From the NCBI GenBank assembly GCA_963716725.1, contig CAVQUB010000033.1, positions 1-64,000 on the forward strand: a DNA stretch of 64,000 nt, read 5' to 3'. Under the pieces are notes generated by a model, which was not told where the DNA came from, searched no databases, and saw nothing but the letters and a program-made list of their open reading frames with translations. The stretch's first letter is position 1. Every line of letters begins with the position of its first letter. The stretch comes from an uncultured delta proteobacterium (GTDB lineage Bacteria; Myxococcota_A; Polyangia; Polyangiales; Polyangiaceae). Position numbers and translations under genes: made by a program. Below are positions 56,607-64,000 of the stretch, piece after piece.

Positions 56607-57308
56607 TCACTCGCCGCCCACCCGCCGCTGCTTGGCTTCGACGGCCTCGGCAAACAAGCCGACGTACTGGAAGGCGCTGGTGAGCGAGAAGAAGAGCGAG
56701 ATGTAGACCAGGGTCCGCCCCACCACGACCAGGTCCACCACGCCGAGATCGATGGGCCCCAGCGACAGGTGGTACGGGTAGCCGACGATGAGCGCGATGA
56801 TTCCGATCATCTGGAGCGCGGTCTTGCTCTTGCCGTCGTCGCCGGCAGCGATGACCACGCCCTCGCTGCTGGCGATGGACCGCAGCCCCGTGATGCTGAG
56901 CTCTCGCGCCAAGAGCAGCGCAACCGCCCACTCGGGGATGCGTCCCATGGGCACCATCCAGACCAGCGTCGCCATCACGATCAGCTTGTCGGCGAGCGGG
57001 TCGAGGAACTTCCCGAGTACGCTCACCACGCCGAGCCGACGCGCGAGATAGCCGTCGAGCAGATCGGTGATGGCCGCCGCGCCGTAGACGATAGCCGCCC
57101 AGGTGCAGTCCGTCGGTGTGCCGCTCGAGAGCAACCAGAGGACCAGCGGGATGACCGCGATGCGCCCGAAGGTCAGCAGGTTCGGCAGGTTGAGCGCGTC
57201 CTCTTTCAGCGAGCGTCGTCGCTCGGCCCGGACCTTTGGGTCGAGCTTCGGCTTACGACGGCGGGGCCGGCGCGAGCGGCGGGAGGGCGGCGCTGCCGAA
57301 TTGGGCAT
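56607..57308 (-). CDS. pgsA: CDP-diacylglycerol--glycerol-3-phosphate 3-phosphatidyltransferase
   Basis: NLPNLLTFGR, TDLLDGYLARR..VVSVLGKFLDPLADK, RELSITGLR, GKSKTALQ. Confidence 0.93.
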   Translation of the reverse strand: MPNSAAPPSRRSRRPRRRKPKLDPKVRAERRRSLKEDALNLPNLLTFGRIAVIPLVLWLLSSGTPTDCTWAAIVYGAAAITDLLDGYLARRLGVVSVLGKFLDPLADKLIVMATLVWMVPMGRIPEWAVALLLARELSITGLRSIASSEGVVIAAGDDGKSKTALQMIGIIALIVGYPYHLSLGPIDLGVVDLVVVGRTLVYISLFFSLTSAFQYVGLFAEAVEAKQRRVGGE

Positions 57309-57385
57309 CGGGGGCGGGCAGCATACCGCACCTCGAGCCAATTGGACCGGGTGACCTGGCGGCGTGCTTCTCGTACGCTCTGGGT

Positions 57386-59017
57386 ATGCGGCAAGGCATG
57401 CGGGCGGTGGTGGCGAGCGCGCTGGCGATGGGGACCCTAGGGCTGACGGGTGTGGCGTCGGCCGCGACCTACAAGGTCGGCCCCAGCCAGCAGTACAAGC
57501 AGCTGTCCGCGGTCAAGGCGCTGCTCAAACCCGGCGACGTCGTCGAGGTCGATGGCGACGCCAGCTACGCCGGGGGCGTCGTCTTCGATCAGCCTGGCAG
57601 CGCCGCGAACAAGATCACCATCCGGGGCTTGCGCGTGAACGGCAAGCGCCCCGTGATCAGCGGCGCTACCAACACCATCGAGGCGCAGGCCGATCACTAC
57701 GTCTTCGAGGGGCTCGACATCACGGGCGGATCGTTCCGGTGCTTCTATCACCACGCCCACGACATTACCTTGCGTGACTCGGTGATCCACGATTGCGCCA
57801 AGCACGGGCTGCTCGGCGCCGATCAGGACTCGGGCTCGCTGCTCCTCGAATACGTCGAGGTCTACAAATGCGGAGGCGGCACCTTCGACCACCAGATCTA
57901 CATGGCAACGGACGAGACCGCGCACCCGAAGAGCGTCTTTCGCATGCAGCACTGCTACGTGCACGACGCCAACGGCGGCAACAACGTGAAGTCCCGCGCC
58001 GAGCGCAACGAGATCTATTACAACTGGATCGAAGGCGCGCAGTACCACGAGCTCGAGCTGATCGGCCCCGACGGGCAGACCGAGGCGCTGGCGCGCGAGG
58101 ACTCGGACGTGGTGGGCAACGTGCTGGTGAAGACCGCGACCACCTTCGTCGCGCGCTTTGGCGGTGACGGCACCGGTCAGACCCACGGGCGCTACCGCTT
58201 CGTGAACAACACCGTGGTCACCCAACCGGGCGGCAGCGCGGTGTTCCGGCTCTTCGACGGCATCGAGAGCGTCGAGATGCACAACAACGTGTTTTGGGCC
58301 ACGGGCTCCGGCACGGTGAACCTGGTGCGGATGGTCGAAGCCACGTGGAAGAGCGGCAGCGCCGTGATCGGCGGCAGCGCCAATTGGTACAAAACCGGAT
58401 CGACCAACGCGCCGAGCCAGTGGACCGGCAGCCTAAACGGAGCAAATCCGGGTTTCATCGACGCGACCACCTCGGATCTCCGGCTGACCGCCGGCAGTCC
58501 GGCCATCGACAAGGGCGGCACCACCGCGAGCCCGAACGGCTATGCGTTCCCGTCGCCGCTCGGAGCGCCCGGCTATCACCCGCCGCTGCACACCGTGATG
58601 GCCAGCGGCAGCGCGCCACCGCGGCCGAGCGTCGGCGCCATCGATCTGGGCGCCTTCGAATACGGCACTGGCACGGGCGGCACCGGCACGGGCGGTACCG
58701 GCACGGGCGGCACCGGCGGTGCTGGTGGCAGCGCAGGATCAGCGAGCGGCGGCAGCGCCGGGGGCGCCGGCGCCCCCAGCGGCGGTGCGGCAGGAAGCGG
58801 CGGCGCGTCGAGCGGTGGCGTGACGAGTGGTGGCGCGTCGAGTGGCGGCGCGTCGAGTGGCGGCGCCCCCGGAACGGGGGGCAAGGCGAGCTCGAGCGGC
58901 TCCGGGGACGACGACGGTGGCTGCGGTTGCCGCGCGAGCGGCGGCGATCGGACCAGGTTGCTGGGCGCGCTGGCGTTGTCGTTGCTGCTCTTGGGTCGGC
59001 GGCGCCGCCAGCGTTGA
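57386..59017 (+). CDS. Secreted right-handed beta-helix protein with MYXO-CTERM tail
   Basis: Signal peptide ASA-A; LKPGDVV, HQIYMATDE, KSRAERNEIYYNWIE; DLGAFEY; GCGCR-hydrophobic-RRRRQR. Confidence 0.88.
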   Translation: MRQGMRAVVASALAMGTLGLTGVASAATYKVGPSQQYKQLSAVKALLKPGDVVEVDGDASYAGGVVFDQPGSAANKITIRGLRVNGKRPVISGATNTIEAQADHYVFEGLDITGGSFRCFYHHAHDITLRDSVIHDCAKHGLLGADQDSGSLLLEYVEVYKCGGGTFDHQIYMATDETAHPKSVFRMQHCYVHDANGGNNVKSRAERNEIYYNWIEGAQYHELELIGPDGQTEALAREDSDVVGNVLVKTATTFVARFGGDGTGQTHGRYRFVNNTVVTQPGGSAVFRLFDGIESVEMHNNVFWATGSGTVNLVRMVEATWKSGSAVIGGSANWYKTGSTNAPSQWTGSLNGANPGFIDATTSDLRLTAGSPAIDKGGTTASPNGYAFPSPLGAPGYHPPLHTVMASGSAPPRPSVGAIDLGAFEYGTGTGGTGTGGTGTGGTGGAGGSAGSASGGSAGGAGAPSGGAAGSGGASSGGVTSGGASSGGASSGGAPGTGGKASSSGSGDDDGGCGCRASGGDRTRLLGALALSLLLLGRRRRQR

Positions 59018-59039
59018 CGGACAGGATCCGGTTTGACCG

Positions 59040-60554
59040 TCAGAGCGCGTCCACGAACACCGCGCCGTCGCCGTTCATGTGAACGAGTCCCGCCTGCGCT
59101 GCGGCCAAATCGCCCGGCGACGCGGCCTGCGGCAAGATCCGACCGACCCAGCCGACGACCGTCGCGCCCCGCAGCACGGCGGGGCGCTCGGCGCTGACCT
59201 CCACCGCGAACAGCGCCTTGCTCGTCGCGAGCGCCAGCAGTCCCTCGCCCGACAGTTGCACCATCGGTACGTGCTCCATGGCGCCGATGGAGAGCCGGCC
59301 GCTCTCGTGGCGCAGCGAGAGGTCGAAGCCGATCACGCGGTCTTCACGCGCGTAGAACAGCTCGCGCTCGAGGCGTGTGACCAAGAGGTTGGGCTCCGCG
59401 GACACCACCAGCGAGCCGCGCCCGTCGAGAACGACCAGCGGCGTGCGCATGCCCCCGAGCGGCTCGTCCAGATCCCGCCCGCGAGCGCGACGATGGATGC
59501 TCGACTGAGTGAAGGGACCGGCCTCGGGCAGCAGCGCCCGGACGCGGTCGAGGCGGACCGCAAATGAGCCATCGAGGCGGATCAGCGCGACCTCGTCGCT
59601 GCTGCGAGCCACCCGTCCTTCGCTTGGCGGCGAGAGCATGAGCCGGGCAGCCAGTTGGCGGGGCGAGCTCTGGGCGGGGGCCTTCGGCTTCGGGGCGGCG
59701 TCGACCGGGACACCGACGTCGACTGCGGAAGGCGGCGCGAGGGGTGGCGGCGGCGGGGCGGAGGGCCGCGATCGTGACGATCGCGACGGCGGCGGCAGAT
59801 CGCCGCCGAGCTCGTGGGGATGCCAGTGACCGGCGAAGCCGGGCTCGGCCTGGCCAGAGACGGCGCGGCTGAAGGCGTGCGCGTCCGTGTCGAGCTCGTG
59901 CACCGCGTCGGCGGCGACGGCCCGCACTGCCTGCATCTCCGGGCTCGGTCCGGGCTCGATCAGATCCTGAAGTGTTTCGTGCATGCGCCGGGCGAGGTGC
60001 GGCTGCCCCGCCCGCTCGAAGGCCGACGCGGCCTGTTCGAACTCACCCAGGCGCTGGTGAGCGAGGCCGAGGTAGCCGGCGGCGCGCTTGTGCTTCGGGC
60101 TCAGCTCGAGCAGTTCGCCGAGGGTGTCGCGTGCGCGGAGCAGCTGTCCCGTCTTCAGGTAGCAGAGCCCGAGATTGAGACGCGGGGTCTCGGCCTCCGG
60201 CCGCGCATGCACGATCTCTTCGAAGATGTGAATGGCACGCGGATACATGCCCAGGCGGAAGTAGACGACGGCCAAGAGCCCTTGGCCTTCAATGTCTTCG
60301 GGTTGAAACCCCAGCGCGCGCTCGAGCTCTTCCTTGGCCTCGCCCACGCGGTTCTCTTCCAGGAGCTCGCTGCCGCGATACAGATGGAACAAGAAGTCTT
60401 CGGCGGCGAAGGTTCCGCTGGTCGGCAGCTCCGACTCGCGCGGGCCGGTGCTCGGCTCGGCGCCCACGATGGGCTCTTTCCCGGCAACGCGGGCGCTCTC
60501 CGCTTCGAGGGAGGGCAGGGCGCCGGGGTTGGAGCCAAGGCCGGGGCGGGTCAT
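59040..60554 (-). CDS. TPR-repeat protein with C-terminal AIM24-like domain
   Basis: About four TPR-like helix pairs (LAVVYFRLG, NLGLCYLKTG, YLGLAHQRLG); Pro linker; LDGRGSLVV, FYAREDRVIGFD, VQLSGEG. Confidence 0.75.
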   Translation of the reverse strand: MTRPGLGSNPGALPSLEAESARVAGKEPIVGAEPSTGPRESELPTSGTFAAEDFLFHLYRGSELLEENRVGEAKEELERALGFQPEDIEGQGLLAVVYFRLGMYPRAIHIFEEIVHARPEAETPRLNLGLCYLKTGQLLRARDTLGELLELSPKHKRAAGYLGLAHQRLGEFEQAASAFERAGQPHLARRMHETLQDLIEPGPSPEMQAVRAVAADAVHELDTDAHAFSRAVSGQAEPGFAGHWHPHELGGDLPPPSRSSRSRPSAPPPPPLAPPSAVDVGVPVDAAPKPKAPAQSSPRQLAARLMLSPPSEGRVARSSDEVALIRLDGSFAVRLDRVRALLPEAGPFTQSSIHRRARGRDLDEPLGGMRTPLVVLDGRGSLVVSAEPNLLVTRLERELFYAREDRVIGFDLSLRHESGRLSIGAMEHVPMVQLSGEGLLALATSKALFAVEVSAERPAVLRGATVVGWVGRILPQAASPGDLAAAQAGLVHMNGDGAVFVDAL

Positions 60555-60593
60555 CGCTGGCCAGGGTAGCGAAGATCCCTCGGGAGGACGAGT

Positions 60594-61313
60594 TCAGCCG
60601 CGTGTTCGAGCCACGGCGTCGCTCAGGCTGAAGCGCCCCTCGTGCAGCGCGCGGCCGACGATCGCCGCCGCGATGCCGCCCGGCGCCCCAGATAGCGCGC
60701 TCAAGTGGTCGAGGGTCCCGACGCCGCCGCTGGCGATGACCGGGATGGACGTGCTTGCGGCGAGCCTGGAAGTCGCCTCGACGTTGGGACCCACCTCGGT
60801 CCCGTCGCGATCGATGTCCGTGTACAGGATGCCCGCGAGCGGGAGCTCCGACAGTTCGTGGACCAGATCTTCCACGCGTCGGTCGCTGGTCTTCTCCCAG
60901 CCCTCAGTGGCGACCCAGCCGTCTTTTGCGTCGACGGCGACGATGATTCGCTGCGGGTGGGTGAGGGCTGCGCTCCTCACCAACTCGGGCTCGCGGATGG
61001 CCGCGGTGCCGAGCACCACGCGCTCGACGCCGAGCGCCAGATAGCTCTCGACGGTCTCGATACTGCGCACTCCGCCGCCGACCTGAACGCCGGGGCCGAA
61101 GGCCGCGGCCACGCGCCGGACCAGCTCCTGCTGCACGGCGCCGCCCGCGCGTGCGCCGTCGAGATCCACCACGTGCAAGCGCGACGTGAGCGCGCGCCAC
61201 TCGCGGGCAATGTCGGCGGGGTCGCGCTCGTACTGGGTGACGTCGTCGTAGTTGCCGCGGCGAAGGCGCACTGCCTTGCCCTGCAACAGATCGATGGCGG
61301 GGATGACTTCCAC
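60594..61313 (-). CDS. hisA: ProFAR isomerase
   Basis: IPAIDL..GKAVRL..G, LHVVDLDGA, QVGGGVR, YTDIDRDGT..GPN, ASGGV. Confidence 0.96.
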   Translation of the reverse strand: MEVIPAIDLLQGKAVRLRRGNYDDVTQYERDPADIAREWRALTSRLHVVDLDGARAGGAVQQELVRRVAAAFGPGVQVGGGVRSIETVESYLALGVERVVLGTAAIREPELVRSAALTHPQRIIVAVDAKDGWVATEGWEKTSDRRVEDLVHELSELPLAGILYTDIDRDGTEVGPNVEATSRLAASTSIPVIASGGVGTLDHLSALSGAPGGIAAAIVGRALHEGRFSLSDAVARTRG

Positions 61314-61320
61314 GGTCAGC

Positions 61321-61953
61321 TCAGCTTGCGACGAACGCGGCCAGGAGCGCGAGGCCCGGATCTTGGCTCTTCTCGGGGTGAAACTGCACGGCGAACACGT
61401 TGTCCCGGCCGACGGCCGCGGTGACTCGGTGCGGACCGTGGCTCGACGTCGCCAAGACCAGCGTCGGATCGCTGGGGACCGCGTGGTACGAGTGCACGTA
61501 GTAGACCCAGGCGCCGGGGCCGCCCGCAGCTCGGAGCAGCGGGTGCCCAGCGCCCACCGGCTCGAGTTGGTTGTAGCCCATGTGCGGGATCTTCACGCCG
61601 ACGGGGCTGAGGCCTTCGACCCGACCCCCGAAGTGGCCGAGCCCGGCCACGCCTTCGGCTTCGGCGCTGGAGTCGAACAAGACCTGGAGGCCCAGGCAGA
61701 TGCCCAGATAGGGCGTGCCCGCCGCGATGCGCTCGAGGAGCGCCGCGCCGAGGCCCGATCCGAGCGCGATCATGCAGTCGCGAAACGCGCCTTGTCCTGG
61801 GAAGACCAGCTTGTCGGCGCTCCGGAGTCGGTCAGGATCCGAGCTGCGTTCGAGCTCGAGACCCGCCACGCCGGCCCGCTCTGCCGCCACGACCAGGGCT
61901 TTCTCCACTGAGCGCAGGTTGCCGAGCCCAGTGTCGACCACGAGCACCCGCAC
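61321..61953 (-). CDS. hisH: Imidazole glycerol phosphate synthase glutaminase subunit
   Basis: GNLRSV, PGQGAF, LGICLGLQ, PHMGYN, YYVHSY, VQFHPEKS. Confidence 0.96.
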   Translation of the reverse strand: MRVLVVDTGLGNLRSVEKALVVAAERAGVAGLELERSSDPDRLRSADKLVFPGQGAFRDCMIALGSGLGAALLERIAAGTPYLGICLGLQVLFDSSAEAEGVAGLGHFGGRVEGLSPVGVKIPHMGYNQLEPVGAGHPLLRAAGGPGAWVYYVHSYHAVPSDPTLVLATSSHGPHRVTAAVGRDNVFAVQFHPEKSQDPGLALLAAFVAS

Positions 61954-62543
61954 TACAGGACGCCCTTGGTCGACGGGACGCCGGCGGCGCGCGGATCGCG
62001 CTCGACCGCGACGCGCAGCGCGCGAGCGAAGGACTTGAAGCAGATCTCGACGATGTGGTGCAGGTTCTCCCCGGAGTGCATCACCACGTGCAGGTTGGCC
62101 TCGGCGCTGCGGGCAAAGGCCTCGAAGAACACCTCGGCGAGCTCGCTGTCGAACTCGCCGATCTTCGCCTTCGGCAGCGGGACTCGCCACACGAAGAAGG
62201 CTCGCCCCGAGAGATCGAGGGCTGTGGTGACCAAGGCCTCGTCCATGGGCAAGGTCGCCGATCCGTAGCGGCGGATGCCCGCGCGGTTGCCCAGCGCCTC
62301 GAGCACGGCCTTGCCCAGCACGATGCCCACGTCTTCGGTGGTGTGGTGCCCGTCGACCTCGACGTCGCCCGTGGCCTTCACCTGCAGATCGATGGCGCCA
62401 TGACGCGCGATCTGCTCGAGCATGTGGGACAAGAAGGGAAGCGGCGTGTCGATGCTGCTCTCGCCGGTCCCGTCCAAGTCGACCTCGACCGTGATGGAGG
62501 TCTCGCGGGTCGTGCGCTCGACGCGCGCGGTCCGCCCGCTCAC
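61953..62543 (-). CDS. hisB: Imidazoleglycerol-phosphate dehydratase
   Basis: RTTRET, HML, DGHHTTEDVGI, PMDEAL, DLSGR, NLHHIVE. Confidence 0.96.
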   Translation of the reverse strand: MSGRTARVERTTRETSITVEVDLDGTGESSIDTPLPFLSHMLEQIARHGAIDLQVKATGDVEVDGHHTTEDVGIVLGKAVLEALGNRAGIRRYGSATLPMDEALVTTALDLSGRAFFVWRVPLPKAKIGEFDSELAEVFFEAFARSAEANLHVVMHSGENLHHIVEICFKSFARALRVAVERDPRAAGVPSTKGVL

Positions 62544-63220
62544 CGGAACTCCTCGATCTTCCAGAGCCCGTGCTCACGGAGGAGTTCGACGGTTCCTCCG
62601 GCGCCGTACGACATCGTCGCTCGCTCGCCGATTCGCTCGAACTTTGCGGTGGGCAAGGCCGCCGCAAGCGCCTGGGTCAAGCGCGAGGTCTCCTCCTTCT
62701 GCTCGCCTTCCCAGGTCTTCTCGAGCTTCGCCGCGTCGAGCCCCTCGCGCTTGGCGTCCGGCACGAAGCGCATCAGCACGTCCCACCGCTTGTTCTCGAA
62801 GGCGCGGATGAACGCGCGCACCGCGGCCTCCGGTGACGCCTGGCTGTACAGGTCGATGGCCGAACCGTCGACGCGCCAACGCCCGGCCTCGTACACGAGC
62901 AACAGAGATTCGCCGTTGGGTGCTGTCACGGTCGCGGTGACCAGCGGGGGCCCCGAAGGCCGGCCCAGAGCCCGGGAGATGTCTCTGACCTCTTCGGGGT
63001 TCTCCTTCACCATCCGGGCGAAGGCCTCGTAGGGCAGCTGCTTTTTCGCCTCGTCACTCAGGAGCGCATAGGCCTCCTCCACCCGGCCGGCTGCCAGGGC
63101 GTTGGCGTAGGCGTCCAACGTCTCTTTGGGGCCGTGGGCGGGCTTTTGCGCGGCGCAGCCCAGCGCAAGCGAGGCGATGGCGGCGGCCAAGGTCGGCAGG
63201 CGGAGGCCGATGGGATTCAC
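62540..63220 (-). CDS. Hypothetical lipoprotein at head of the his operon
   Basis: Lipobox ALGC; two NTF2-like repeats (PKETLDAY / PEAAVRAF ... WRV / WKI); stop overlaps the hisB start. Confidence 0.78.
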   Translation of the reverse strand: MNPIGLRLPTLAAAIASLALGCAAQKPAHGPKETLDAYANALAAGRVEEAYALLSDEAKKQLPYEAFARMVKENPEEVRDISRALGRPSGPPLVTATVTAPNGESLLLVYEAGRWRVDGSAIDLYSQASPEAAVRAFIRAFENKRWDVLMRFVPDAKREGLDAAKLEKTWEGEQKEETSRLTQALAAALPTAKFERIGERATMSYGAGGTVELLREHGLWKIEEFR

Positions 63221-63294
63221 GCCGCCCGGATACCACAGGCCGGGCGGAGCGTCAGCGTACTGGCCTTTGCCCATGGGCGTACTACTGTCTGGGT

Positions 63295-64000
63295 ATGGCG
63301 CCCGCACCGCCGAAGCCACCTGGCACCGAGCGCGTTGCGATCGTCCCGCTCCGCAACTCGGTGCTCTTCCCGATGTCGGTCGTCCCGATCAACGTTGGGC
63401 GGCCCCGCAGCGTCCACCTGGTCGAAGAGCTGGTGGGCAAGGAGAGCGCGCTCGTCGGCGTCCTGACCCAACGCAACGCCGACACCGTCGAGCCGACCTT
63501 CGACGATCTCTACGAGATCGGCACCCTGGCCCGCCTGGTGAAAGTCATCCGTCTCGGCCCGAGCAACTACTCCGTGGTGCTCAACGGCATCGGGCGGTTC
63601 CGGGTCGACAAAGCCCTGGGTCTCGAGCCCTACATGCGGGCCGACATCGTGCGGCTGGCGGACGAGGGCACGGAGGATCCAGCGCTGCCGGACCTCGCCA
63701 AGCGCCTGCGCGAGGCGACCCGCAAGATGCTCGGGCTGATGCCCAACCTGCCCAAGGAGACCGCTGGGATCCTCGACAACGTGCGCGATCCCGGCGCGCT
63801 CGCCGACCTGATCGCGTCGAACCTGCCCGAAGACCAGGCCGAGATTGCCTTTCGGCAACGGGTCCTCGAAGCCGTCGACGTCCGTGCAGCGCATCGAGAC
63901 CGTGCTCGCGGTGGTCGAGCGCCACCTCGACGTGCTGCGGGTCAAGGGCGACATCACGGCCATGGTCCAAGAGGAGCTCAGCCGCTCCCAGCGCGATCTG
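63295..64000 (+). CDS. lon: Lon protease, N-terminal part (runs off window; apparent +1 frameshift near 63883)
   Basis: Translated by hand: VPLRNSVLFPMSVVPINVGRPRS, LYEIGTLARL, LNGIGRF, PGALADLIASNL, RQRVLEAVDV; continues in the +1 frame as QRIETVLAVVERHLDVLRVKGDITAMVQEELSRSQRD. Confidence 0.9.
   Translation, partial: MAPAPPKPPGTERVAIVPLRNSVLFPMSVVPINVGRPRSVHLVEELVGKESALVGVLTQRNADTVEPTFDDLYEIGTLARLVKVIRLGPSNYSVVLNGIGRFRVDKALGLEPYMRADIVRLADEGTEDPALPDLAKRLREATRKMLGLMPNLPKETAGILDNVRDPGALADLIASNLPEDQAEIAFRQRVLEAVDVRAAHRDRARGGRAPPRRAAGQGRHHGHGPRGAQPLPARS

Noticed and set aside
1..64000. tRNA, rRNA or riboswitch genes
   Set aside because: No cloverleaf with T-loop and CCA, and no rRNA-like segment recognised by eye; an Infernal/tRNAscan run would be needed to exclude them fully

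Overview
GC-rich bacterial DNA whose gene content points to a myxobacterium, probably Polyangiales-like (inference from the Gly-linker/Cys-rich lipoproteins, MYXO-CTERM proteins and Hanks kinases). Housekeeping genes: a partial GspE/PilB ATPase, an L,D-transpeptidase, gnd, pruA, an SDR, hemH, bolA-grxD, surE-apt, epmA, pgsA, hisB-hisH-hisA and the 5' part of lon. These are interspersed with many secreted or lipoprotein genes. There are two mobile regions. (i) About 4.1-8.1 kb: an IS630 transposase among gene debris. (ii) 25361-28827: a candidate IS1182-family element with imperfect terminal IRs and a TCA direct repeat. It encloses an HNH endonuclease gene with a RuvA-C-terminal-like tail, and that gene is itself bracketed by ~100-bp imperfect inverted arms carrying hairpins; the left hairpin loop is expanded into five perfect 27-bp repeats. 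This nested nuclease cassette is the best candidate for an undescribed system. Other notable items: a stand-alone, highly divergent RtcB-like protein; EpmA with an N-terminal OB-fold-like domain; an orphan FliQ/SctS; poly-knottin-like lipoproteins; and recurrent TANNNT-N6/7-ATG leaderless-type starts. No rRNA, tRNA or CRISPR array was recognised. All calls come from reading motifs by eye; no database searches were run.
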